Below, in pieces: positions 36,667 through 46,120 of a stretch of DNA of 64,000 bases. The DNA comes from Nitrosopumilus sp. Its GTDB lineage: Archaea > Thermoproteota > Nitrososphaeria > Nitrososphaerales > Nitrosopumilaceae. Made by a program: the position numbers and the translations under genes. The DNA is taken from positions 224,001-288,000 of the forward strand of contig CBDBLO010000002.1 in NCBI GenBank assembly GCA_965207075.1. Reading direction: 5' to 3'. Below the pieces are notes generated by a model. That model was given only the letters and a program-made list of their open reading frames with translations, was not told the origin of the DNA and made no database searches. Numbering within the stretch: the stretch's first letter is position 1; each line of letters starts with the position of its first letter.

Positions 36667-37080
36667 ATGGCAAGCTTCAAGGTGACCATATCCGATACCA
36701 AGGGCAGGTCCATCTCAAAGGAGCTAAAGGACTCGGACGCCGTCCCGCTGCTGGGCCTCCAGCTTGGGGACGAGGCGGACGCGGACGCCGTCGGCCTCTC
36801 TGGCATACTCACACTCACGGGCGGGAGCGACAAGTCTGGAGTCCCGATGCGCAGCGACGTGCACGGGGCCGCCCGCAAGTACGTGCTGCTCTCAAAGGGG
36901 GTGGGGCTGCAGGACGCCGAGAAGGGGCAGCGCGTCCGCAAGCTTGTGCGCGGCAACACCATATCCGAGGAGACCTACCAGGTAAACTGTAGGTATGACG
37001 GCGAGCTGCCGGCCGCGGATGACGGACAGGCCTCAGACGACGGCGCAGAGGCCGGCCAGTCAGATGAGGGCAAGGACTAG
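36667..37080 (+). CDS. rps6e: 30S ribosomal protein S6e
   Basis: LTGGSDKSGVPMRSD, RKLVRGNTIS. Confidence 0.95.
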   Translation: MASFKVTISDTKGRSISKELKDSDAVPLLGLQLGDEADADAVGLSGILTLTGGSDKSGVPMRSDVHGAARKYVLLSKGVGLQDAEKGQRVRKLVRGNTISEETYQVNCRYDGELPAADDGQASDDGAEAGQSDEGKD

Positions 37081-37119
37081 TCCTGCAAAACCAAGCTTAA
37101 CATACGTCGGATCGACACT

Positions 37120-38415
37120 ATGATTATGCACTGGCGCGACACGCTACCGGACTGGTACGTAAAAAAGTACGGATACCAGCCGTGCGTGAACATCGGCACG
37201 GCGGGGCACGTGGACCACGGCAAGACCACGCTGATACAGGCGCTGACCGGCTCGTGGACCAGCGTGCACAGCCAGGAGCTAAAGCGCGGCATTACCATAC
37301 GCGTCGGATACTCTGACGCGGCGTTCTACAAGTGCGGCGCGTGCGAGGAGCCCCTGGGGTACTCGACGACCCCGACCTGCGGCAACTGCGGAGGCACCAG
37401 CGAGCTTACGCGAGTCGTTAGCTTTGTCGACAGCCCGGGTCACGAGAGTCTGATGGCCAACATGCTGTCGGGATCGGCCCTGATGGACGGCGCCCTGCTG
37501 CTGGTGGCCGCAAACGAGCAGGTCCCGAGGCCCCAGACCAAGGAGCACATGCTGGCGCTGCAGACGCTTGGAATAACCCAGGTCGTGGTGGTGCAGAACA
37601 AGGTCGACCTGCTCACGTACGAGGAGGCGATGGCAAACCACGACGACATTGCGAGGTTCCTTGGGGAGACCCGCGCAGAAAACGGGGACGCGCCCATAAT
37701 CCCGGTATCGGCCCAGTCGTCCCTGAACGTGGACGCGCTGATAGGCGCAGTAGAGTCCACCATCGCGACCCCCGAGCGGGACGAGGGGAAGGACGCCGTG
37801 ATGCACGTGCTGCGCTCATTTGACGTGAACCGCCCCGGAACCGGCATCAAGAAGATCAAGGGCGGCGTGATAGGCGGGAGCCTGACTCAGGGGATCTTCA
37901 AGGTGGGCGACGAGATAGAGATCAAGCCGGGCGTGCCGTCCGAGAAGAACAGGGGCGCGGCGGGATACGAGCCGCTAGTCACCGAGATCACGTCGCTTGG
38001 GACCGCGGCCGGAACCGTGGACTCCGTAAAGCCGGGCGGCCTCGTGGCCATCGGCACAAAGCTCGACCCCTCCATGACGCGCAGCGACTCGTTTATCGGC
38101 TCGGTGATAGGGCGCCCCGGCACGCTGCCTGAGAACACCACCTCGCTTGCGATGTCCGTGAGCCTGTTTGACTCGGCAGTCGGCACCACCGAGGACGTGC
38201 AGGTAAAGCCCATCCAGAACGGCGAGATGCTCAGGCTCAACATCGGGACCGCCCCGATCCCGGGGCAGGTAAAGCAGGCGCGCACCAAGGACGGCGGAAT
38301 CGAGGTGGAGCTCAAGCGCCCCGCGTGCGTGTTCGAGGGCGGGCACGTGGCAATCAGCAGGAGGATTGCGGACAGGTGGAGGCTGATCGGCGCGGGTGTG
38401 GTCGCCGCTGGCTGA
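37120..38415 (+). CDS. eif2g: Translation initiation factor 2 gamma subunit
   Basis: GHVDHGKTT, ELKRGITIR, Zn knuckle, DSPGHE, QNKVD, RWRLIG. Confidence 0.97.
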   Translation: MIMHWRDTLPDWYVKKYGYQPCVNIGTAGHVDHGKTTLIQALTGSWTSVHSQELKRGITIRVGYSDAAFYKCGACEEPLGYSTTPTCGNCGGTSELTRVVSFVDSPGHESLMANMLSGSALMDGALLLVAANEQVPRPQTKEHMLALQTLGITQVVVVQNKVDLLTYEEAMANHDDIARFLGETRAENGDAPIIPVSAQSSLNVDALIGAVESTIATPERDEGKDAVMHVLRSFDVNRPGTGIKKIKGGVIGGSLTQGIFKVGDEIEIKPGVPSEKNRGAAGYEPLVTEITSLGTAAGTVDSVKPGGLVAIGTKLDPSMTRSDSFIGSVIGRPGTLPENTTSLAMSVSLFDSAVGTTEDVQVKPIQNGEMLRLNIGTAPIPGQVKQARTKDGGIEVELKRPACVFEGGHVAISRRIADRWRLIGAGVVAAG

Positions 38416-38785
38416 CGTGATATGCGACACGAGCTTTTTGATGCACATGGCCACCACGCGGGTCAGAAACATAGACAGCCTGGGCGACGAGATAGGAGAG
38501 GTGTCGTTCGTGGTGCCGCGTGTGGTGCTTGTCGAGCTGGACCGCATACTCCGGCGCGGCGATGCAAGGAGTGACGACGCGCGGCGCACCGTGGAGTTTG
38601 CGCGGGGCCTCCGGACCGTGCAGATGGGCGCCGGCGCGGCGACGGCCGACGACGCAATACTGTCCCACGCGTCCGCGCGCGGCGGCATCGTCGCCACCAT
38701 GGACAGGGGGCTGAAGCGGCGGCTCCGCGAGCGCGGATGCTCGATAATGTCGTTCTCAAACGACCGCATAGTTCTGGAGCCGTAG
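38396..38785 (+). CDS. PIN-domain (Fcf1/Utp24-like) protein
   Basis: ICDTSFL, V..EL, ADD.I, VAT.D..L; usual position after aIF2 gamma; start uncertain. Confidence 0.85.
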   Translation: MWSPLADVICDTSFLMHMATTRVRNIDSLGDEIGEVSFVVPRVVLVELDRILRRGDARSDDARRTVEFARGLRTVQMGAGAATADDAILSHASARGGIVATMDRGLKRRLRERGCSIMSFSNDRIVLEP

Positions 38786-38829
38786 GCCGCCGAAAGCCGG
38801 AAGGAAACCCTTAACTTGGCGCGCCCGCA

Positions 38830-39300
38830 ATGGCGCGCATGACGGGCATTGCCATATCAAGCGACGCCTTTGAGGACGGCGGCCGGATACCAAAAAAGCA
38901 CGGCTACAAGAACGATAACGTCAGCCCCGCCCTGTCGTTTTCCGGCGTGCCCGAGGGCGCAAAGTCCCTGGCGCTCATAATGGACGACCCAGACGCCATG
39001 AAGCCGGCAGGCAAGGTGTGGTCGCACTGGATCGTGTGGAACATGCCGCCTGATACGGCCCTGATCGGCGAGGGCTCGGCGCCGCCGGCAGGCGCCGTGC
39101 AGGGCACGACTGACTTTGGCAGCACCGGGTACGGCGGCCCCGCCCCTCCCGATGCGGAGCACACCTACGTCTTTGCGGTCTACGCGCTGGACGCCGAGAT
39201 TGAACTGGGCGCGTCGGCGACAAAGCAGCAGCTGGAGCAGGCCATAAGGCCGCACGTCATGGCAAAGGCGGAGATGCGCGGCAGGTACTCCCCTGGCTGA
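38830..39300 (+). CDS. YbhB/YbcL (PEBP/RKIP-like) protein
   Basis: SP.L, DDPDA, HW.VWN, GYGGPAPP, H.Y.F..YALD. Confidence 0.92.
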   Translation: MARMTGIAISSDAFEDGGRIPKKHGYKNDNVSPALSFSGVPEGAKSLALIMDDPDAMKPAGKVWSHWIVWNMPPDTALIGEGSAPPAGAVQGTTDFGSTGYGGPAPPDAEHTYVFAVYALDAEIELGASATKQQLEQAIRPHVMAKAEMRGRYSPG

Positions 39301-39315
39301 TGCAGTCTCCGCGGC

Positions 39316-39519
39316 TCACTGTGTCTTCTGCAGGCCATTGCCGTCACCACCACCTGAATCCTGCCCGGCGTACCTTGACGCAAGCCTGTACCTGGCGTAC
39401 TTGTCGTCAGGCGAGTACTTGGCGGGATGCGCCGACTCGGTATCCGCGTCGCACGCGGGGCACCGCGCCTTGAGGGTGTACCTGTTGCATGAGACGCACC
39501 TGCGCAGCAAAAAGCGCAT
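39316..39519 (-). CDS. nop10: H/ACA RNP protein Nop10
   Basis: C..C..YTL...CP.C, HPAKYSPDDKY..YR. Confidence 0.93.
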   Translation of the reverse strand: MRFLLRRCVSCNRYTLKARCPACDADTESAHPAKYSPDDKYARYRLASRYAGQDSGGGDGNGLQKTQ

Positions 39520-39520
39520 G

Positions 39521-40330
39521 CTAGTTCTCCCTGGTCTTTTTCGACTCTTCCCTTGTAAAGCTGAACGTGCCCTTTTTCTTCTCTATCCCTGACTGTATCT
39601 CCGATACGATGGGCTTTAGCACCCTCTCCGCGGACTTGAAGTCCTCGGACGTGACCGCCAGCCTGTATTTCGGGGCGCCCAGGTACGTGATCTCCGCGTT
39701 CTCCGTCGCGCTGCCGCCGTTCCTGTCCGGTATAGCGTCGAGCAGTATCTTCCTGATCACCTCCACCCCGTCCGGACGGCTGCTTGCAATGTCCATCACG
39801 CCCCTGATCTCCACTGAGGGCAGCTTTATTTTCGAGGCCACCTCCTCCATTGTGCTCACTATGTTCTTGTCGATTCCCAGGCCACCGACAGAAGAGCCGC
39901 CCCTGCGGCCTATCTCGATGAACGCGTCGTACACGGAGTCGAACTTTGAGTATATCTTGTCCTCCACGTCCGATATGTCGTCTTCTGACAGATCCGCCTT
40001 TTCCCGCACGCTCTGCATCAGCGTGTTTCCCTTCTCGTACTTTTTGACCTCCCGGATCTTCTGCTTTTTCTGATCCTTTGATATCTGCTTGAGCGACAGG
40101 TCTATGTCGCCCCTGCGGGGATTGACCTTCTTGACCAAGAGCACCTTCTTCTCCCCCTTCCTGACGTGCTTGTTTATGGAGCGTATCCACCCCGGGGCGA
40201 TCTCCGATATGTGCAGGAACCCCTGCATGCCGTCGTACTCGTCAAGCGAGACGTAGGCGCCGTGGTCCATCACCTTCGTGACGGTCGCCATGACAATCTC
40301 GCCCTGCTCGGGCATCTCGTCTGCATGCAT
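39521..40330 (-). CDS. eif2a: Translation initiation factor 2 alpha subunit
   Basis: S1 domain GAYVSLDEY, HISEIAPGWI, IDLSLK, YLGAPKYR. Confidence 0.95.
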   Translation of the reverse strand: MHADEMPEQGEIVMATVTKVMDHGAYVSLDEYDGMQGFLHISEIAPGWIRSINKHVRKGEKKVLLVKKVNPRRGDIDLSLKQISKDQKKQKIREVKKYEKGNTLMQSVREKADLSEDDISDVEDKIYSKFDSVYDAFIEIGRRGGSSVGGLGIDKNIVSTMEEVASKIKLPSVEIRGVMDIASSRPDGVEVIRKILLDAIPDRNGGSATENAEITYLGAPKYRLAVTSEDFKSAERVLKPIVSEIQSGIEKKKGTFSFTREESKKTREN

Positions 40331-40424
40331 GCGGTGCGTGTGGGCCCCTCGAATTAAACGGTTTCTAGGGGGGGGGGAACTGGATTCGGCAATAGTTAAA
40401 TCAGGATGCGCTCCACGGATGGAT

Positions 40425-40916
40425 ATGGGCAAGAAAGGAACCGAGATCGTCGCCTCAAAGATTGACGTAAACGAGGTGATTGCGGACCTCAACAAGGCGT
40501 ACGCCGACGAGTGGCTTGCGCACTACCAGTACTGGCTTGCCGCCCACTGGGTAAGCGGGATCAACGCCGACGCGATAACCTCCCGCCTGACGGCCCAGTC
40601 TGCCGACGAGCTCTTGCATGCAGAAAAGTTTGCAAACAGGATAATGGAGCTTGGCGGCGCGCCCGTCATGGACTTTGCAAAGCTGGCAGAAATCGGCGGG
40701 TGCGGCTACAGCAAGCCTCCGGAGGATCAGGGCAACCTGAAGCAGGTCATCGAGGACGTGATCAGCGCCGAGAGGTGTGCGATCGACTTTTACAACAAGA
40801 TGGCAGAAAAGTACAGGGACAAGGACTATGTCACGTTTGAGCTGTTCAAGACGGTCCTGCTTGACGAGGTTAGTGACGAGGACGAGTGGGAGGATCTCCT
40901 CTCCCAGCAGCCGTGA
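40425..40916 (+). CDS. DPS-like (DpsL/thioferritin-type) ferritin-superfamily protein
   Basis: AYADEW.A.YQYW, DE..HA....RI.ELGG, Cys pair (GCGY, AERCA), DEV..E. Confidence 0.85.
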   Translation: MGKKGTEIVASKIDVNEVIADLNKAYADEWLAHYQYWLAAHWVSGINADAITSRLTAQSADELLHAEKFANRIMELGGAPVMDFAKLAEIGGCGYSKPPEDQGNLKQVIEDVISAERCAIDFYNKMAEKYRDKDYVTFELFKTVLLDEVSDEDEWEDLLSQQP

Positions 40917-41153
40917 CGCTTCGCGGCTTTTCAGGATTGCCTCCGCGGTTGGCGCCGGGCGCATGATGCGCCCGTCCGGAACCGAGCGCCGACGAGGATC
41001 ATGCGGCGCCGTTGTCAGGATTGCCGCGCGCGGCTGCCTTTAACGCACATCGGCCGGGTCTGCTCCTCCCTCTGCCATATGCGCATTAGCGGCTCGGAAA
41101 CTCGGTCTGTTACCGTGATTCCAAGGTGATCTTTTCTTGCCTGCTGCGTGCGC

Positions 41154-41708
41154 CTAAAAGTCGATCCCCTTTTTGGCCCTGATGCCCCTTTTGAACGGGT
41201 GCTTGACCTCCCTCATCTCGGTGACGAGGTCGGCCCTCTCGACCACTTGGTCGGTAGCGCGGTTTCCCGTCAGCACCACAGAGACCTCTGGCGGGCGGGC
41301 ATCCAGTATCTCGAGCACGTCGGACACCGGCACCAGCCCGAGGTCCACCGCGTAGTTTATCTCGTCCAGTATGACTATGTCGTACGCGCCAGATCGCACC
41401 TTTTCTGACGCCAGCCTGACTGCCTCCCCCGCAATCCTCTCGTGGTCCTCCCGGGGGCTCTTGTCGTCTATTATTCCTACAAACCCCTTGCCGGCCGCGA
41501 TCATCTCGAAGCCGGGCTCGAGCAGCTTGGATGACTCCATCTCGCCGTAGCTCCACGACCCCTTGATGAACTGTACCATGCACACCTTCTTGCGGTGGCC
41601 CAGCGCGCGCAGGGCCATTCCGAGGGCCGCGGTCGTCTTGCCCTTGCCCCCGCCCGTGTATACGATGACAATCCCGCCGCTATCGTCTCTCTTGTCGCGT
41701 GGTTTCAT
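41154..41708 (-). CDS. cobO: Cob(I)yrinic acid a,c-diamide adenosyltransferase (BtuR/CobO type)
   Basis: YTGGGKGKTTAALG, VQFIKG, ILDEI, VLTGNRA, ADLVTEM..VKHP. Confidence 0.95.
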   Translation of the reverse strand: MKPRDKRDDSGGIVIVYTGGGKGKTTAALGMALRALGHRKKVCMVQFIKGSWSYGEMESSKLLEPGFEMIAAGKGFVGIIDDKSPREDHERIAGEAVRLASEKVRSGAYDIVILDEINYAVDLGLVPVSDVLEILDARPPEVSVVLTGNRATDQVVERADLVTEMREVKHPFKRGIRAKKGIDF

Positions 41709-41775
41709 GCCTGTTCCCCGGATGTGGTGGCGGCTGCGTGTTATTATTATTAATCGGCAGGACGGCCCGTATGCG

Positions 41776-43245
41776 TTGAAGCTTCCACGGGTGGTCGTCG
41801 CCGGCGTCTCAAGCGGGGTCGGCAAGACGTCCATAACATGCGCAATCATACGCGTCATGCGCAGGCAGGGGCTGACCGTGTCGCCGTTCAAGGTGGGGCC
41901 GGACTATATCGATCCCGTGTACCTGGGTGCAGCGGCGGGACTCGATGCGCGCAACCTCGACGTGTGGGTGATGGGGAGCACCCGTCGGACTCTGGAAAGC
42001 TTTGCAATGCACGCGCGGGGTTCCGACGTGTCGGTGATAGAGGGGGTCATGGGGTATTACGACGGGCATTCCGGACACTCTGACTATGCCAGCACGTACC
42101 ACATGGCAAGCATCACGCGCTCGCCTGTCATACTGGCCGTGGACGCTTCAAAGGCCGCGCGGTCGGTGGCCGCCACCGCTCTCGGCTTTCGCTCGTTTCA
42201 GAAGAATTCGCGCATTGCAGGCGTGATTCTCAACAAGCTTGGCAGCGTCAGACACGCGCTGACGTGCCAGGACGCGCTCCGCAGCGCAGGCATCCCGGTT
42301 CTGGGATCCATATACAGGGACGCGGCAATGACGATGGAGGAGCGCCATCTGGGACTCCACTCTACCGTTGACAGGACGGAGCTGGAGAAAAAGATTGAGA
42401 GGATTGCAGACGTCGTAGAACCGCGCCTGGACGTAAAGAGACTGCTGGCTATAGCCTATTCGGCGGGGCCCGTTCCGGCTGCTGCTACTGCTGCTGATGA
42501 TGCCAAGCCGCGCAAGACGCCAAACGCCGTACTGCGGAACAGGGAGCTCGTCGCAAATTACAACAAGGAGGTGAAAAACAAGGACGGGCCAGTCATAGCG
42601 GTGGCGCTAGACTCTTCGTTCAACTTTTACTATCAGGACAACCTCGACGCGCTGCGCCGCGAGGGCGCGCAGTTGAAGTTCTTCAGTCCCGTGTCAGGCA
42701 AGAGGCCGCCCGCGTGCGACGCCCTATACATCGGGGGCGGGTTTCCGGAGGTGCTGGCGGCCCCGCTTGAGCAGAACCAGTCCATGAAAAGATCGATCAA
42801 GAAGATGGCAGAGGACGGGATGCCCATATACGCGGAGTGTGGCGGACTGATGTATCTCTCAAAGAGCATAACAAGCAAGCAGCGCAAAAAATATGGCATG
42901 GTGGGACTGTTTGATGCCGGCGTCGTAATGACAAGCCGTCCCGTCATAAATTATACCGAAGGCGTCATAAGTTCTGGCACTCCCATTACGGGCAGTTCCG
43001 ATCGCAAGTTCCGGGGGCACGAGTTCCACTATTCCAGGATGTCTGGCCTGCCGCGGGGTTCGGGCCTTGCAATACGTCTGTACGACGGGAACTGCGGCGG
43101 GGAGAACTGCGGAGTGGGCATACAAAACGGGAACGACGGCCTGATGGTACACAACACGCTTGCGTCGTACGGGCACATCTACTTTGACGTGGCCGACTTT
43201 GCGTCGCACTTTGTCGCGAACTGCGCACGGTACAGGCGGCTCTGA
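41776..43245 (+). CDS. cbiA: Cobyrinate a,c-diamide synthase
   Basis: SGVGKT, FKVGPDYID, IEGVMG, ERHLGL, GGGFPE, YAECGG, GHEFHYS; TTG start at 41776. Confidence 0.95.
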   Translation: MKLPRVVVAGVSSGVGKTSITCAIIRVMRRQGLTVSPFKVGPDYIDPVYLGAAAGLDARNLDVWVMGSTRRTLESFAMHARGSDVSVIEGVMGYYDGHSGHSDYASTYHMASITRSPVILAVDASKAARSVAATALGFRSFQKNSRIAGVILNKLGSVRHALTCQDALRSAGIPVLGSIYRDAAMTMEERHLGLHSTVDRTELEKKIERIADVVEPRLDVKRLLAIAYSAGPVPAAATAADDAKPRKTPNAVLRNRELVANYNKEVKNKDGPVIAVALDSSFNFYYQDNLDALRREGAQLKFFSPVSGKRPPACDALYIGGGFPEVLAAPLEQNQSMKRSIKKMAEDGMPIYAECGGLMYLSKSITSKQRKKYGMVGLFDAGVVMTSRPVINYTEGVISSGTPITGSSDRKFRGHEFHYSRMSGLPRGSGLAIRLYDGNCGGENCGVGIQNGNDGLMVHNTLASYGHIYFDVADFASHFVANCARYRRL

Positions 43246-43339
43246 GGCCCGTACTGCGGCGATCCGCAGGGCGTGTTTGAAGAAGTTACGGAATGAAAAA
43301 CGATCTTGGTATTGTAACGCCCATCTGTGGCTCGGGTGA

Positions 43340-43990
43340 TTATGATGCGGCCTTGTGCGCCCTGAGCAGCTTGTACAGTGCGTTGACGATGGCAGACGCG
43401 GTGGGGCTGCCGCCCTTCCTGCCCGTATTGGTGATGTACGGTATGTCATTTTGTTGGGCCAGCTCCGCCTTTGACTCTGCGGCATCCACAAAGCCGACCG
43501 GCATTCCCACTATGAGGGCGGGTTTTGCCGCGCCCTCCCTTGTCATCCTCAGAACCTCGCGCAGGGCAGTCGGCGCGTTGCCGATCACCACTATGCCGCC
43601 GCTCATCTCAGATGACACTGAGCGCATCGCCGCCTGCGACCTGGTAAGCGACTTTTCCTTTGCGGTTGCGGCTACGCTGGGATCGGATATCCTGCATATG
43701 ATCTCGTTTCCAAAGTCCCTTGGGTTCTGCTTGTTGAGGCCCCCGATCACGCCGTTGACGTCCGTTATGATCGCGCGCCCGCCTTTGAGCGCGCCCATCC
43801 CGCCTTTGATGGCATTCTCATGAAACAGTATCCGGCTTGCCCCCGCAAAGTCAAAGTCCGCCGTGGCGTGTATGACCCGCCTCACGATGGGCCATTCCGT
43901 GTCGTTGTACGTATGTCTGCCGCCAATCTCCTCGTCTATGATGCGCATGCTGGCATCCTCTATAGACTGGCCCGCCCTAACCTGCGACAT
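43340..43990 (-). CDS. cbiC: Precorrin-8X methylmutase
   Basis: RRVIHATAD, IGNAPTAL, PVGFV, GRKGGS. Confidence 0.95.
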   Translation of the reverse strand: MSQVRAGQSIEDASMRIIDEEIGGRHTYNDTEWPIVRRVIHATADFDFAGASRILFHENAIKGGMGALKGGRAIITDVNGVIGGLNKQNPRDFGNEIICRISDPSVAATAKEKSLTRSQAAMRSVSSEMSGGIVVIGNAPTALREVLRMTREGAAKPALIVGMPVGFVDAAESKAELAQQNDIPYITNTGRKGGSPTASAIVNALYKLLRAHKAAS

Positions 43991-44768
43991 GGTCTGCCGC
44001 CTCCACCTCTGCCGCCCTCTGCAGTATCAAATCTATCATCCTCTCGTCCGCCCCGATGTGCTTCGTGATGTATGCGTTTCTTATCGACGACGACTCCAAG
44101 GCGGGCATCAGATCGTTGTTGATGTCCGTCTTTACGTGAGCGCCCTCGTGCAGGAAATAGTATACGATGACCAATGCCTCGGGGCTGTCCGCCTCGCACC
44201 TCTTGATGCCCGCGGCTATGTCGGGCTGCTCTATCTCAAGCCAGCACCTGCTCACGTTGCGGTACCTTCCCTTGAGGCTGTTTACGATGTAGTCCATGGA
44301 GCGCTGCGCGTTGGGATCCACGCTGCCGTGGCCGATTATCATCACGTCTACCATGTCATCCGGCATGGTGACGTTGTTCTCTTTTAGCGCGGCGGCCACC
44401 CTGCTCTGAACTATGTCGACCAGCGTGCCGTGCATGCTCATGGCCCTCGTTACGAGCAGCTTTATCCGCGTCTTGGACTGGTACGTCATGGCATCCGCTA
44501 CGGCGTTCTTGACCTTTTTCCCCGGGTATAGGAAGTACGGCACGATCGTAAGTGCGTCTATCTCGTCGGGCTTGAGGCACTTTGCCATGCCGTCCTCGAT
44601 GTACGGAGGCTCCACCTCCAGAAAGCAGTATTCGGCAAACGCATAGCCCCCCTTTTTCATGATGCCGGCGCATATGCTGTCAAGCTCCTCTGATGCCTCG
44701 CGCTCGCGGCTCCCCCTGTCAATCAGGAGCAGCCCGCGCCTCCTCCCCTTTTCTTGCTCTGCAGTCAT
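43977..44768 (-). CDS. cbiX: Sirohydrochlorin cobaltochelatase (two-domain CbiX)
   Basis: Duplicated GS...FLE..P...PYFL and IGHGS...LE...P...FLH.G.H...DI repeats. Confidence 0.88.
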   Translation of the reverse strand: MTAEQEKGRRRGLLLIDRGSREREASEELDSICAGIMKKGGYAFAEYCFLEVEPPYIEDGMAKCLKPDEIDALTIVPYFLYPGKKVKNAVADAMTYQSKTRIKLLVTRAMSMHGTLVDIVQSRVAAALKENNVTMPDDMVDVMIIGHGSVDPNAQRSMDYIVNSLKGRYRNVSRCWLEIEQPDIAAGIKRCEADSPEALVIVYYFLHEGAHVKTDINNDLMPALESSSIRNAYITKHIGADERMIDLILQRAAEVEAADHVAG

Positions 44769-45868
44769 GCCTCCGACACCCTCCTCGATACGGCCACCGT
44801 CAAATCCGGCGGGAATTTCTGCTTTTGCACTATGAGCCTGCAGGAATCCGGGCCTCCGCCCGCCTTGATGCAGGCGGCCTCAGACACGCTCGGCGTGCCC
44901 TCGTACGCCCTTACCGTATCGGAGGGATTCGGCACCGCAACCCCCGCCAGATCGTCCCGGTCATACAGGTCAAGCGGCACCTGCAGCATGTCTGCGGCCT
45001 CTGCCAGCCCCGGCACGTCGGCCGGCTTTTTTATCGACGCCAGCCTGGCGATACACCTTGCAGACAGGCCGTGCGCCTTGAGGACCTCCGTAATGCCGCC
45101 GATGATGGTGTCCGTGGCGGTGTCGCGGTGCACCCCGACCCCGACTACCAGGGTGGGGGGCCTGTATATGACACGGCTTGCAGGGGCTCCCGGTATGTCA
45201 GTCTTGTCCGATATTATGAGGTGCGCCCTCGAGTCTGACTTGTGCAGGGCGTCAAGCGTGTCGTATGTGGTGACGTTTGCAGGCAGGCTGCCGCTGCCAC
45301 TGCTGTCACCACCACGCCACCAGTCCGCCCTGCCCGCGTCTTGGTATACGCCGATCTTTTCCTCGTTTACCATGTGGGCGCTCACCGCCGTAACGTCCGA
45401 GTCGTCCTCTATCACCCAGTTGTAGTCGCGGCCTATCATGTCAACTGATATGGTGCCCTTTACGTCTGCCGCGGTAGTGATTACCGGCCGCGCGCCAAGC
45501 CTCCCTGCAATGTCACGGGTCAGCTTGTTTGCGCCGCCGATGTGCCCCGACAGTACGCTTATGACGAAGTTTCTCATCTCGTCAATCACGATTACGGCCG
45601 GATCCGTCTTTTTGTCTTTGATGTGGGGCGCAATCAGCCTGATTGTGGCGCCAAGCGAGAACAGGCACACCAGCCCGTCGCTTTGCGCAAACAGCTTGGA
45701 TATAACAACAGACGTCTGCTCCGTATACCAGCTTATGCGCGCGTCGTTGTCGTATGTGGCGGCAAACTTGCCGGGGGCGTATACCTCCCATCCGGGAAAC
45801 GCATCTAGTATGTCCAGCCCGGTCCTGATGCCGTCCTTGGTTATTGCCAGTATGGCTACCTTCTCCAT
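44765..45868 (-). CDS. cbiG: Cobalt-precorrin-5A hydrolase CbiG
   Basis: GATIR.IAP...DK..DPAV, LSGHIGGAN, VITTA, SVSEAA. Confidence 0.93.
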   Translation of the reverse strand: MEKVAILAITKDGIRTGLDILDAFPGWEVYAPGKFAATYDNDARISWYTEQTSVVISKLFAQSDGLVCLFSLGATIRLIAPHIKDKKTDPAVIVIDEMRNFVISVLSGHIGGANKLTRDIAGRLGARPVITTAADVKGTISVDMIGRDYNWVIEDDSDVTAVSAHMVNEEKIGVYQDAGRADWWRGGDSSGSGSLPANVTTYDTLDALHKSDSRAHLIISDKTDIPGAPASRVIYRPPTLVVGVGVHRDTATDTIIGGITEVLKAHGLSARCIARLASIKKPADVPGLAEAADMLQVPLDLYDRDDLAGVAVPNPSDTVRAYEGTPSVSEAACIKAGGGPDSCRLIVQKQKFPPDLTVAVSRRVSEA

Positions 45869-46120
45869 GCGCAGCCTTTGGCCTGTTTTGTAAAATACCT
45901 TGCCATCCCATAGGCGCGGCTGGCGCGCGGTATTCCTTTCTGCCGTGCTGCATGTGTACGGGCTGGCCTGCACGACCCCCTGTCGGGCAACCGTGGTCAC
46001 TGTATGCCGCAGCTGGGCTCTGGTCCGGCACGACGGGATGGCAGCCGTACCGTCCATTTGGGGAATGGGGGGATGTGTCATTATGGCACGAGCCATGGCA
46101 TGCAGAGATCTGCCATGCAG

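Noticed and set aside
45870-46120. Cobalamin riboswitch upstream of cbiG
   Set aside because: No B12-box consensus recognised, and this riboswitch class is not established in archaea
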